Assembly: GCF_009914755.1 (NCBI RefSeq)
Contig: NC_060939.1
Length of the DNA: 64,000 nt
Origin: the human T2T-CHM13v2.0 reference genome, Homo sapiens
Direction: 5' to 3' (one strand)
The notes below the pieces were generated by a model, which saw only the letters and a program-made list of their open reading frames with translations, made no database searches and had not been told where the DNA came from. The position numbers were made by a program, and so were the translations under genes. Each line of letters starts with the position of its first letter. Positions within the stretch are counted from its first letter, which is position 1. Below are positions 27,100 through 42,884 of this stretch, piece after piece.

Positions 27100-28319
27100 A
27101 TGGGCAACCTTCCACCCTCCATTCCTCCTTCTACTCCCTTGGCCTATGTTCTCAAAAACTTAAAACCTCTTCAACTCACACCTGACCTAAAACCTAAATG
27201 CCTTATTTTCTTCTGCAATGCCGCTTGACCCCAATACAAACTCAACAGTACTTCCAAATAGCCAGAAAATGGCACTTTGAATTTTTCCATCCTGCAAGAT
27301 CTAAATAATTCTTGTTGTAAAATAGGCAAACGGTCTGAGGTGCCTGATGTCCAGGCATTCTTTTACACATCATTCCCTTCCTAGTCTCTGTGCCCAGTGC
27401 AACTCGTCCCAAATCTTCCTTCTTTCCCTCCCACCTGTCCCCTCAGTACCAAGCCCAAGCATCGCTGAGTCTTTCTAATCTTCCTTTTCTACAGACCCAT
27501 CTGACCTCTCCCTTCCTTCCCAGGCTGCTCCTCGCCAGGCTGAGCTAGGTCCCAATTCTTCCTCAGCCTCTGCTCCTCCAACCTATAATCTTTTTATCAC
27601 CTCCCCTCCTCACACCTGGTCCGGCTTAAGGTTTCCTTCCGTGACTAGCCCTCCCCGTCCTGCCCTGCAATTTACTCTTAAAAAGGTGGCTGGAGCTAAA
27701 GGCATAGTCAAGGTTAATGCTCCTTTTTATCCCAAATCAGATAGTGTTTAGGCTCTTTTTCATCAAATATAAAAATCCTGCCCAGTTCATGGCTTTTTGG
27801 CAGCAACCCTGAGACACTTTACAGCCCTAGACCCTAAAAGGTCAAAAGGCCGCCTTATTCTCAATATACATTTTATTATCCAATCTGCTCCTGACATTAA
27901 ATAAAACTCCAAAAATTAAATTCCAGCCCTCAAACCCCACAACAGGATTTAATTAAACTTGCCTTCAAGGTGTACAATAATAGAAAAAAGTTGCAATTCC
28001 TTCCCTCCACTGTGAGACAAACCCCAGCCACATCTCCAGCACACAAGAACTTCCAAAGCCTGAACCGCAGCGGCCAGGCATTCCTCCAGAACCTCCTCCC
28101 ACAGGAGCTTGCTACACGTGCAGGAAATCTGGTCACTGGGCCAAAGAATGCCCACAGCCCAGGATTCCTCCTAAGCCGCGTCCCATTTGTGTGGGACCCC
28201 ACTGAAAATCAGACTGTTCAACTCACCTGGCAGCCACTCCCAGAGCCCTTGGAACTCTGGCCCAAGGCTCTCTGACTGACTCCTTCCCAGATCTTCTTGG
28301 CTTAGCGGCTGAAGACTGA
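27100..28319 (+). pseudogene. HERV-H gag remnant
   Basis: MGNLPPSIPPSTPLAYVLKNLKPL...FFCNAA* with premature stop; CCHC finger CYTCRKSGHWAKEC at about 28110; second finger disrupted. Confidence 0.88.
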
Positions 28320-30520
28320 CACTGCCCGATCGCCTCAGAAGCCCCCTAGACCATCATGGACAGCAAGCTTCGGGTAACTCTCACAGTGGAAGTTAAGCCC
28401 GTCCCCTTCTTAATCAATACGGAGGCTACCCACTCCACATTACCTTCTTTTCAAGGGCCTGTTTCCCTGGCCTCTATAACTGTTGTGGGTATTGATGGCC
28501 AGGCTTCTAAACCTCTTAAAACTCCAACTCTGGTGCCAACTTAGACAATACTCTTTTAAGCACTCCTTTTTAGTTATCCTCACCTGCCCAGTTCCCTTAT
28601 TAGGCTGAGATACTTTAACTAAATTATCTGCTTCCCTGACTATTCCTGGACTACAGCTATATCTCATTGCCTCCCTTATTCCCAATCCAAAGCCTCCTTT
28701 GCGTCCTCCTCTTGTATCCCCCAATGTTAACCCACAAGTATAAGATACCTGTACTGCCTCCTTGGCAACCGATCATGCACCACTTACCATCTCATTAAAA
28801 CCTAATCACCCTTACCCCACTCAGTGCCAATATTCCACCCCGCAGCATGCTTTAAAAAGATTAAAGCCTGTTATCACTCGCCTGCTACAGCATGGCCTTT
28901 TAAAGCCTATAAACTCTCCTTACAATTCCCCCATTTTACCTTTCCTAAAACCAGACAAGCCTTACAAGTTAGTTCAGGATCTGCACCTTATCAACCAAAT
29001 TGTTTTGCCTATCCACCTCATGGTGCCAAACCCAGATACTCTCCTATCCTCAATACCTGCCTCTACAACCCATTATTCTGTTCTAGATCTCAAACATGCT
29101 TTCTTTACTATCCCTTTGCACCCTTCATCCCAGCCTCTCTTCGCTTTCACTTGGACTGACCCTGACACCCATCGGGCTCAGCAAATTACCTAGGCTGTAC
29201 TGCCGCAAAACTTCACAGACAGCCCCCATTACTTCAATCAAGCCCAAATTTCTTCCTCATCTGTCACCTATCTCGGCATAATTCTCATAAATCACACGTG
29301 CTCTCCCTGCCAATCATGTCCGACTGATCTCTCAAACCCCAGCATCTTCTACAAAACAACAACTCCTTTCCTTCCTAGGCATGGTTAGCACGGTCAGAAT
29401 TCTTACACAAGAGCCAGGACCACACCCTGTAGCCTTTCTGTCCAAAGAACTTGACCTTACTGTTTTAGCCTAGCCCTCATGTCTGCGTGCAGTGGCTGCC
29501 ACTGCTTTAATACTTTTAGAGGCCCTCAAAATCACAAACTATGCTCAACTCACTCTCTACAGTTCTCATAACTTCCAAAATCTATTTTATTCCTCATACC
29601 TGACGCATATACTTTCTGCTCCCCGGCTCTTTCAGCTGTACTCACTCTTTAAGTCCCACAATTACCATTGTTCCTGGCCCAGACTTCAATCTGGCCTCCC
29701 ACATTATTCCTGATACCACACCTGACCCCCATGACTGTATCTCTCTGATCCACCTGATATTCACCCCATTTCCCCATATTTCCTTCTTTCCTGTTCCTCA
29801 CCCTGATCACGCTTGATTTATTGATGGCGGTTCCACCAGGCCTAATCGACACACACCAGCAAAGGCAGGTTATGCTATAGTACAAGCCACTAGCCCACCT
29901 CTTAGAACCTCTCATTTCCTTTCCATCCTGGAAATCTATCCTCAAGGAAATAACTTCTCAGTGTTCCATCTGCTATTCTACTACTCCTCAGGGATTATTC
30001 AGGCCCCCTCCCTTCCCTACACATCAAGCTCGAGGATTTGCCCCACCCAGGACTGGCAAATTAGCTTTACTCAACATGCCCTGAGTCAGATAACTAAAAT
30101 AACTCTTAGTCTAGGTAAATACTTTCTCTGGATAGGTAGAGGCCTTTCCTACAGGGTCTGAGAAGGCCACTGCAGTCATTTCTTCTGTTCTGTCAGACAT
30201 AATTCCTCAGTTTAGCCTTCCCACCTCAATACAGTCTGATAACTGATGAGCCTTTATTAGTCAAATCAGCCAAGCAGTTTTTCAGGCTCTTAGTATTCAG
30301 TGAAACCTTTATATCCCTTACAGTCCTCCGTCTTCAAGAAAAGTAGAATGGACTAAAGGTCTTTTAAAAACACACCTCACCAAGCTCAGCCACCAAAAAG
30401 GACTGGACAATACTTTTACCACTTTCCCTTCTCAGAATTCAGGCCTGTCCTCAGAATGCTACAGGGTACAGCCCATTTAAGCTCCTATATAGACGCTCCT
30501 TTTTATTAGGCCCCAGTCTC
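28320..30520 (+). pseudogene. HERV-H pro/pol remnant with deletions
   Basis: Protease FLINTEATHS (catalytic D to N); RT SPYNSPILPFLKPDKPYKLVQDL...YSVLDLKHAFFTIPL; no YxDD segment seen; integrase fragments; many stops. Confidence 0.88.
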
Positions 30521-31144
30521 ATTCCAGACACCAGACCAACTTAGACTGTGCCCCCCCCTCCACAAAAAAAAACTTGTCATCCCTACTATTTTCTGTCTAG
30601 TCATACTCCTATTCACTGTTCTCAACTACTCATACATGTCCTGCTCTTGTTTACACTGCCGGTTTACACTGTTTTTCCAAGCCATCACAGCTGATATCTC
30701 CTGGTGCTATCCCCAAACTGCCACTCTTAACTCTTGAAGTAAATAAGTAATTTTTGCTGGCAGGACTATGCTGAATCTCCTTAGGCACACTCTAATGAGA
30801 TATCCTGAGTCGTCCCAATTCTTAGACCTTTTATACCCGTTTTTCTCCTTCTGTTATTCCATTTAGTTTCTCAATTCATCCAAAACCGTATCCAGGCCAT
30901 CACCAATCATTCTATATGACAAATGTTTCTTCTAACATCCCCACAATATCACCCCTTATCACAAGACCTCCCTTCAGCTTAATCTCTCCCACTCTAGGTT
31001 CCCACGCCACCCCTAATCCCGCTTGAAGCAGCCCTGAGAAACATCGCCCATTCTCTCTCCATACCACCCCCCAAAAATTTTCGCCGCCCCAACATTTCAA
31101 CACTATTTTGTTTTATTTTTCTTATTAATATAAGAAAGCAGGAA

Positions 31145-31596
31145 TGTCAGGCATCTGAGCCCAAGCCAAGCCATCGCATCCCCTGTGACTTGCACGTATA
31201 TGCCCAGATGGCCTGAAGTAACTGAAGAATCACAAAAGTAGTGAATATGCCCTACCCCACCTTAAATGATGACATTCCACCACAAAAGAAGCGTAAATGG
31301 CCGGTCCTTGCCTTAAGTGATGACATTACTTTGTGAAAGTCCTTTTCCTGGCTCATCCTGGCTCAAAAACACCCCCACTGAGCACCTTGCGACCCCCCAC
31401 ACCTGCCTACGAGAGAACAAACCCCCTTTGACTGTAATTTTCCTTTACCTACCCAAATCCTATAAAACGGCCCCACCTTATCTCCCTTCACTGACTCTCT
31501 TTTCGGACTCAGCCCACCTGCACCCATGTGAAATAAACAGCCATGTTGCTCACACAAAGCCTGTTTGGTGGTCTCTTCACACGGATGCACATGAAA
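31145..31596 (+). promoter_or_regulatory. 3' LTR7
   Basis: Direct repeat of 25679-26131 with about 26 differences by manual count. Confidence 0.93.
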
Positions 31597-31601
31597 GGCG
31601 C

Positions 31602-34356
<2,755 letters not shown>

Positions 34357-34873
34357 AAGCAAACATACACACAATGCATAACATGATTAAAAATAGGCAA
34401 AGAACCTGAATAGACATCTATCCAAAGAAGATACATGAATGGCCAATACATATATGAAAAGGTGCTTAACGTCATTAATCATCAGGGACATGGAAACCAC
34501 AACTACAATGAGATATGACCTCACACCTGTTAGGATGGCTACTTTCAAAAAGACAAGACATAACAAGCATTGACAAGGGTATAGAGCGAATCCTTGTACA
34601 CCGTTGGTGGGAATGTAGTTTGGTGCAGCCACTGGGGAAAACCAAACGGAGGTTCCTAAAGAAATTAAAGATAGTACTACCATATGCTCCAGCAATTTCT
34701 CCACAGAATAGAAAATTCAAAGGAAATTGAAAATTCAAACACCCAAAGGAAATAAAACCACCACCTCTTAAAGATACCTATACTTCCATGTCCATTGTAG
34801 CATTAGTGACAATAACCAAAATATAGAAACAACTGAAGTGTCAGTTGATGGATAAATGTATGAAGAATTTGCA

Positions 34874-34899
34874 GTGTGTGTGTGTGTGTGTGTGTGTGT
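34874..34899. repeat. (TG)n microsatellite
   Basis: Direct reading. Confidence 0.9.
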
Positions 34900-35265
34900 A
34901 AATACACACATGTATATATAATAAAGTATTATTCAGCCTTTAAAAAGAAGTAAACCCTGCTATTTGCAACAACGTGGATGAACCTAGAGGACATTATGCT
35001 GAGTGAAATAAGCCAGACACAGAAAGAAAAATAGTGCATTATTTTACTTACATGCAGAATCACAAAAAAAAAAAAAAACCCTAATAGAGAAGTGTGGTTA
35101 CCAGGGGTGGGTGGGGGTTGGTGGATGAAGAAAATTGAAAGATGTAGGTCGAAGGTTACAAAGCTGCAGTTATATAGGACAAGTAGGTTTAGAGATCTAA
35201 TGTACAGCACAAGGACAATTGTTAATAATATTGTATACTGGAAGTTTGCTATGAGCCTAGATGTT

Positions 35266-35512
35266 AGGGGAAAGGCAAGGCAAGGCAAGGAAGGAGGGAG
35301 GGAGGGAGGGGAGGAAGAAAGGAAGGAGGGAAGGAAGGAAGGAAGGAAAGAAGGAAGGATGGAAGGAAGGAAGGAAAGAAGGAAGGAAGGAAGGGAGGGA
35401 GGGAGGAAAAGAGAAATAGAGAAAGTGAGGGAGGAAGGAAGGAAAGAAGGAAGGAAGGAAGGGAGGGGGAGAGGGAGGAGGGAGGAGGAGAGGGAGGGGA
35501 GCAGGAAGAAAA
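35266..35512. repeat. Polypurine (GGAA/GGGA)n simple repeat
   Basis: Direct reading; source of the spurious EGRK-repeat ORF. Confidence 0.9.
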
Positions 35513-35572
35513 CTATTTGAGATGATGAACACTTTAGTTTGCTTGACGGTAGTAATCACTTCCCTATGTATA

Positions 35573-36455
35573 TGTTTTAAGGGATCTTTGGGATGTTGCT
35601 TTTTCTGGTTGGAAACCTCTGTGGCTGAGGGCACCTTTGCCCAAGTTCTTGTCCTGCATCCAGGAAGAATGAGGTATGCAGACAAGTGGAGGGTGAGCAA
35701 GACAAAGAGGAGCTTTATTAAGTGTTAGAACAGCTCAGAGGAGACCCACAGTGGGTAGCTCCTCTCTGTAGGCAGGTTGTCCCTTTGAGTGTTACAGCTC
35801 TCAGCAGAGAGGCCCTGGATGGGTACCTCCTCTCTGCAGGTGGGTTATCCTGGCAAGTGTTCAGCATTCAGTAGAGAGCTGAATTCAGTAAGGAGAGATT
35901 CTCTTTGCAGCTGGTCATCCCATCATCTTCCCAACAGAGAGGATATCTTCTTTCTGCAGCTGGTTGTCCAGTTGACTCTCTGTCCTCTCCATCCTCTGGC
36001 TGAGCCCAGGGCTTTTATGGACCTCAGAGGAGAGGAAGTGCATGCCAATTGGTCCATAGGCAGCCATGGATGGGCCCAGAAGAGGCACCACAAGTTCCCA
36101 CTCCAGTCCACGGGACTGGCAGCCCAGCCCCCAGCCTTCAGGCCCTCCCTGGCCTCAAGATGGGGCCTTACCAGGGACCTGCCCCCTCCACCCAGGAACC
36201 TGTCCACCTCCTGTGGCAATCCATGGCACCCAGGCTGCTGGCACCAAAGGGCACCCACAGTCTGGTGCCCAGCTGCCCTCAGCCCTTGCCCTCAGCTTCC
36301 CCTCCCATGTTCCTTTTGGAGGTGGCCAAGGTGGCAGGAAGCTGGCATGGTCAGCACTGCCCTGAGCATGTGCACACCTGATCAGCCTGTGACAGTGCCA
36401 AGACCAGAGCAGGTGCCAGGAGCAGAAAGAAGCCAGGCAGCAGGAACAGGCACCA
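35573..36455 (-). mobile_element. MER52-like ERV1 LTR
   Basis: GGAAACCTCTGTGGC...CCAGGAAGAATGAGGTATGCAGACAAGTGGAGGGTGAGCAAG...GAGCTTTATT (minus-strand AATAAA); GC-rich body. Confidence 0.75.
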
Positions 36456-37302
36456 GAATTATTCTAGTGACCCAGTTTTCAGGGTGTGTATTGCATGTGA
36501 GTATGTGTTAGATAAGGCTGGGGGACAGGATGGGATAATGCATTAAACCTTGATTGGAAATTAGAATAAGATTGATCAAGGTGGGGCTATGAAGTAAAGG
36601 GCTTCAACTAAATAAACTGTTTATATTTTAGTAAACATTCACTAACATTTTTGTGTGCCTGGTTGTCAGAAATATAATTATTATTAAGACCCCAATGATG
36701 GCCTCAAGGAGCTTGAAATACAGCAGTTAGGAGGACTCATATCTGAGACCCTGTAGAATAGAATAGTTTGATCCTGTCATACTATAAACCCCTGTGGCTG
36801 CATCAAGCCACAAGAAAGGTTAGCACAAACCCAGCACAGAGGAAAGGTGATCGGTAAGTCTTGGGGGAATGAATGAATGAATGAATGAACAGAAGTGTAG
36901 CCGGATCCTCTCAGTCCCTGGTCAAGCCCCACAGGATGCCCACCTTCTGACTTCATGTCTCCTCCAGTTGGTGACACCTGAGCTCTATTAAAAGGCTCAG
37001 TGCCATCTGAGCCTTAGTTCCAACTTGACTTCAGATAGGAAGGGTCTAAACATCTCCAAGGAAGCCCATTCTAATAACCTGACCTTTCCTGAAATACCAC
37101 ATTTCTACCTCATCTTTTATAGTTTAGGTATGAACATTTCATTTCTGCCTGGCAGCCTTACCTCCTAGGCCTACACTTACCCTGTTCTTACCAGCTGACC
37201 ACCAGGACCAGAATTTTGCCATTAACCTCAGTCTGGGTGATGGAGTCAAGCTCCTAGATTTCGGTGTTTCTGAGGTGCTGGCTTCCTGAACAGCTTTGAA
37301 TT

Positions 37303-37951
37303 GGTTGGGTCAGGGCCCTTCAGAGAAATAAAACCAATAGGAGATTACATAGGTAGATAGATAGATGATTTGTTGATAGATAGATAGATGATAGATAGAT
37401 GATTGATGGAGAGATAGATGATAGATAGATAGATAATAGATAGATAGACAGACAGGATCTATTAGGGGAATTGGCTCACATGATTATGAAGGCTGAGAAG
37501 TCCAGTGACAGGCTGCTGTCTGCAAGCTTGAGAACAAGGTGAGCCAGGAGTATGCTCAGTGCATGTCCAAAAGCCTCAGAACCATGGAAGCAGACATGTC
37601 TAATACTGAAGGCCTGAGGACCTTGGAAGGGAGGTGGGGGCATACATCTCAGTGTCCACAGGCTGGGGAATCTGGGATTCTGATGTCAAAAGGCAGGAGA
37701 AGAAGAATATCCCAGTTACGGGAGGGAGTGAATTTGCCTTTCCTTTGCCTTTTTTGTTCTATCAGGACCTTCAGCCAATTGGCTAGTGCCCACCCACATT
37801 GGATGTGGGCAGATCTTCCTTGTTTAATCCACCGGTTCAAATGCCAGCCTCTTCTAGAAACATCCCCACAGACATATCCAGAAATCTTGCTTTATCAGCT
37901 GTCTGGGCATCCTTTAATCCAGTCAAGTAGACACCTGAAATTAACCATCAC
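37303..37951 (-). mobile_element. MLT2 (ERVL) LTR containing a (GATA)n microsatellite at about 37352-37450
   Basis: CAGAGAAATAAAACCAATAGGA...GGAATTGGCTCACATGATTATGAAGGCTGAGAAGTCC...AAATTAACCATCAC. Confidence 0.8.
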
Positions 37952-38291
37952 GATGAGTTTCCTCACAGTGCATGCTGCCCTTCTTCTGGGCTGCTCTCAC
38001 CCTCCGCTGGCCAGCCATTTGCCCTGTACCACCTGTTTCCCATCACTGGGCCTTTGAGGGAGCTCTGCTGGTGGGCTGGCCTTCCCCCAGTACCTGCATC
38101 TGTGCCTGCCCTGCTTGGTGGCTTGGCCTGCGTTCAGGTCTCAGTCCATCCCAAGGCACCTATCCCATTGCACCTGGCCTGGCCATGCCTGGCCTCCTTA
38201 CTAGATACAGCAGCCAGCATGGCCCAGGCCTCCAAACTGGGGAGTTACTAAGCACTGAGAAGGCTTTAAGGGAAGCATCACCAGGAAGGGA

Positions 38292-38324
38292 TGGGATTAC
38301 AGGCGTGAGCCACCGCGCCTGGCC
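38292..38324 (-). mobile_element. Isolated 33-bp Alu 5'-end remnant
   Basis: TGGGATTACAGGCGTGAGCCACCGCGCCTGGCC is the reverse complement of Alu nt 1-33. Confidence 0.85.
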
Positions 38325-38382
38325 GGTGACAGTCTCTTAACACTGGATTCCTTTTGCGTTTCTTCTAGCAATTCTTTTCCAG

Positions 38383-38445
38383 TCCATCCATCCATCCATC
38401 CATCCATCCATCCATCCACCCATCCATCCATCCATCCATGCATCC
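38383..38445. repeat. (TCCA)n microsatellite
   Basis: Direct reading. Confidence 0.9.
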
Positions 38446-41332
38446 AAGACGCTTTTATTAAACAGGTGTTTGCTAACTGCCGGTGACCCCTCCGGGTGAA
38501 AAGATACAGCCTCTGCTTGGCAAAGAGAACTACCAGGCAGGATGAGAGGAAGGAGGCGGCAGAACTTCAGGGTCAGAAGATGCAGGAGCTTTTGCAAAGA
38601 AGCCCGGGCCACCTTTTGTTAACTGTTTAACAATCCCTTGGTTGCTGGCCGGCTCCCATGCTCTTGCTTGGTCTGTCAAAGCAGCGGTATTGTTCTGAGC
38701 TCTTAGGAGCCACTTGGAGAATGTGTCATTTTACTTTCCCTTCCTCCCACCTCTTCTGCCTCTGTTTTGCCTACCATCATTAAATGCTCTGGCTCTTTAT
38801 CATGGCTTTGAAATCGAGAAGGACACTTTGGAATTCAATTAGCCACATCGTTGCCACAGCAACAAAAATATAAACTTAAATGATTTATACGCACAGACAA
38901 CACTTCAGAAAAGAGTAAATTTAATCCCACAGCTGAAAATGAAATGGATGGGGCAATGAGAAAATTGTATTATTCTCTCCCCAATGAGAAGCCTCCAGGT
39001 CTTCTTGTGATGTGGGTGTACATCGAGATGGGAGAAAGTTAGGTGGCCTGAGAGCAGCTCTTGCACACACCAGAGGTCAGGGTTCTTGTTTGGGTTCATG
39101 GCTAATACTCAGCCTGCTCTGCAACTGCTGAGGCAATGCAGGCCAACAAAGCCAAATAAAAGGGCGAACATCATTCCATGAACCATAAGCATGTCTGCTC
39201 GTAAGGGGTCATGCTCCTCTCTTTGTAATACTATGTATGCATATCCATACCCATAAATCCAGAGAATGTCTTTCCATTAAAGTGAGATCTTTCACAGAGC
39301 CACAGAATGGGAGGGGTTGTGCTTAAAAAACAAAAACAAAGCCAAACCTACAAATCAGGTATTTCCCAACAGTTGCTACCTGATTCCTGCACTCTCCGCT
39401 TGTAGACTGCTGAATTAATGCAGCCGTCAGTGGTCTTGGACTCAGGATACTTTCTAGGGTGGCTTAATAACTAATCAGATGTGTCAGGAGTTATAGTACT
39501 TTATTTCTGCTATAAAATATTGTTGTCTTCATGGGACATAAGTATAAAAATAAATGAAATCAGACATTATTTTGAAATATTTATCTTTTATTCTTCATTT
39601 CTTTTCCACATTTTACATATATTGACCTTTTGCAATCACTAAGAATAGGAATTTCTGGTTTTCTTATACTGCACATTCCTATTAGTGTCACAGATATATG
39701 TGTAGTACATTACTGCCAATCCATATATATTCAAAACCAATAAAGTATAATTTTTTAATTTTTGAAAGAAATATATTGAAGTTTTAATTTTTTCTGTCAT
39801 ACCCAAATGAATCATCTTGCGTCCCACTTTGGAAACCACTGTGAGTTGGAGGTACCCTCACTGTTTCAAGAAGAATTGGGGTGGTTAAAACGGGAGTTAT
39901 AGAGAAAAATAACTTCACTTAAATTTCTAATACAAGATCTGGAGGATCAAAATGGAAGGTCATGAGAGGACTGGGCACAGTGTGTTTAATAACAATAGGC
40001 TGGAAAAAGACAGAATGAGGGTAGAGAAGATACTAATCCTGATGTCCTCCTGGAGGACTTCAGAAGGGGTGGGGAGAGGAGAGACGTGGAAAAGAGCCCT
40101 GTGGGTGGCTGGGTCTAGGGAGTGAGTTGGACACAAAGGCAATGTCCCATCCACTCTCCATTAATTGGGTGCTCACTGTGACACAGAGACTGAGAAGCTG
40201 CTCTTCAGTGGGTCCAGTGAAGGCTGTCCATTGACAGTGACTGCAGGTGGCCACTGAGTCCTCCAACTGATGGACACTACCCAATGCTTCTCTCAATATA
40301 TCCAAATTGCTGAGCCCATCAATCACCCATGCCATGTAAAGTTACCCCTCTTCACACATGTGAAAAACAGCACAGGGGCTTCCTGGCACTCATGGGATGA
40401 GATTAGCTGCATGTAAGGATAAGATGAGCACCACTCCTTGATGGGACTGCTCAGTGATGAAACCTTCCCACGGTTTCATGGGAAACCACTCACATCACTC
40501 AAACCTCACCAAATGACCTCCACTAATTTTGCATTGTTGACTTTCCATACAGTGGTGAATCCTGAAGTCATTTTTTCATATGAAAATGATTTTTCTTTTT
40601 CAGCAGTGAACATTTATACCACAAATCAGCACATAGGAGCTCAAATTCCAAACAAAATCTTATCAATTTATATGTAATGTTTCATATTTAGGAGCTCCTA
40701 TTAAGAAATAGCCTGCTCACCAGGTTTAGTTAATGTATCAGGGAAAAAGAATAAAACTGCAATAATTTATTTATATTCTGCAAGCTAGGATTTTCTTTAT
40801 TTCAGACACTTCTTGTCTGGATATGCATGAACTTGGAAGTTGGAAATGGTTTGGATTCCTGCTCTACTACATGTCATCTCTGTAGTTTCAGGCAAATCAC
40901 AACTTCTGAAGGTCTCCATTTCCTAATCAGGGCATGATAATATCACCCCTGCTGAAATGTCATTAGATATTTATCATCAGATCACCTTGCATCATGCCCA
41001 GCACACAGTGACCACTCAAATTGTATTTGCTCTTATTATGGTAATTAGTGTGAATGAATGAAGTTTCCCTCCACATCACCTATACCTTCATTCATGTTTT
41101 CGTGTATTCATATAGGAAACATGGAAACCATACATCTGCATGTGTGTGTGAAGGGTGGTTGGGTTTTAAAAAGACAATTGTCACCACTTTCCATTCATTA
41201 GTGTTGGGTTATTCTAGGCCTGAAGGAGAATTTTGAGCAGAGCTAGTGATTGAGGGGTGCAGAGTTGAGGAGGGGCTATGGATGCCCGGAAGTGCTGTCC
41301 CCCTGCCCCAGCAAGGCAACAGTGGATTATAT

Positions 41333-41745
41333 TTTTTACCTTTTCACTGTGGTAAAATACACATAACATTTACCATTTTAACCACTTTAAAGTGTACAGT
41401 TTGGTGGCATTAAGTACATTCACAATGTTGTGCAAACATCACCACTGTCTAGTTCCAGAACTCTTTGAATCACCCCAAACAGAAACCGCATGCCCATTAG
41501 CAGTCATTCCTCACTTCTCCCTCCTCCAGGCCCTGGCTGCGACTACTCTTTCTGTCTCTGTGGATTTGCCTATTCTGGACACTTCATATAAATGGAATCG
41601 TGCAATATGTAGTCTTTTGTGTTTGGCTTCCTTCACTTAGCATAATGTTTCCAAGGTTTAATCATTTTGTAGCATGTGCCAGTTCTTCCATTTTTTTATG
41701 TCTAATACTATTCCACTGTATGGATATACTACATTTTCTTTATAC
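41333..41745 (-). mobile_element. L1MB-type 3' end fragment
   Basis: GTGGTAAAATACACATAACATTTACCATTTTAACC...GGATTTGCCTATTCTGGACA. Confidence 0.8.
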
Positions 41746-42277
41746 TGTATTTGGTTTTTAATCCCATCATCACAGGTAGGAATGATGACACAGTGAAGAG
41801 GACGCTGAGTTAGGCAGGCCTCAGTTCAGCAAAAAGGTGTCAGGCACTCACCACTTTTGACACATTATACAAGTGTCTTAACTTCTTTGGGCTGTGGCTG
41901 TTTCATGTGTGAAATAAAGGTAATAGTTATTGTTAAATGACTATTATCATTAATGTCAATTAAATGAGATGCACAGAATATAAACATACCTGGCACACGA
42001 AAGATGATTTAATCCATTTTTGTTTTTCTTTAAATTCCTTAACTTCATAAATATTATTGATAAAACAACTGTCACGGAAACCAAGTGCACCCAGGGTCAG
42101 GTGGGATGGACCCTTGCTCAGCACTGGCTCTGCACCTCACACCAGCTGCTGGGGCGGGACTGGGCCCCTTGCCCAGCCCCTGAAAGCTGCCCCTGTCTCC
42201 ATCAGTCTAACAGGCTATGCTTGTTTTTGTTCTGCATGCTGCTTCTGGAAGCTCTCACCAAGCGGAAATACCTGGGA

Positions 42278-42581
<304 letters not shown>

Positions 42582-42884
42582 TCAAAGCAACCCTGCTAAG
42601 TAGGTGTGGTTATTCCCTTGTTACAGATAAGGAAACTTTAGACTTAGATTTTGGGACCTTGTCTAATGAACCTCTAGTCAAGTGTCAGATGCAAGGTGCA
42701 TCCAGATCTGTAAAACTCCAAAGGCCACACACATTTTATGTTTCAGTTGCATCTCTCTATGTCTCCAAATCAGAGACATAAAAAGTATTGCACAATAATG
42801 CCTAAAAGTTAATACATTGTTGATATAAAAGATTATGTAAAACATGAAAATGTCAGAGTCAGTTTTATATGTCTCCTGTGTCTT

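Larger units (their letters stand above)
25679..31596 (+). mobile_element. HERV-H provirus, common deleted ~5.9-kb form with two LTR7
   Basis: Two ~452-bp LTRs, tRNA-His PBS, gag/pro/pol remnants, purine-rich tract before the 3' LTR, 5-bp TSD GGCGC at 25674-25678 and 31597-31601. Confidence 0.97.
34357..35572 (+). mobile_element. Old L1MA8-like element, right part (ORF2 end and 3'UTR), containing (TG)n and (GGAA)n expansions
   Basis: RWWECSLVQPLGKTKRRFLKKLKI; L1MA 3'UTR (AGAGATCTAATGTACAGCA...AACTATTTGAGATGATG...TTTGCTTGACGGTAGTAATCAC). Confidence 0.8.

Noticed and set aside
26485-27228. 247-aa ORF in the HERV-H leader
   Set aside because: It runs through low-complexity tandem repeats and ends at the premature gag stop; no evidence for a real protein beyond the 42-aa gag start.
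35092-35700. EGRK-repeat and PSFL-repeat ORFs (142 and 147 aa)
   Set aside because: Translation artefacts of the (GGAA)n tract.
35789-36511. 240-aa ORF
   Set aside because: Lies within a GC-rich MER52-like LTR, starts at a non-ATG codon and shows no recognisable domain.
37539-38057. 172-aa ORF
   Set aside because: Mostly inside an MLT2 LTR, with a non-ATG start and no homology signal.
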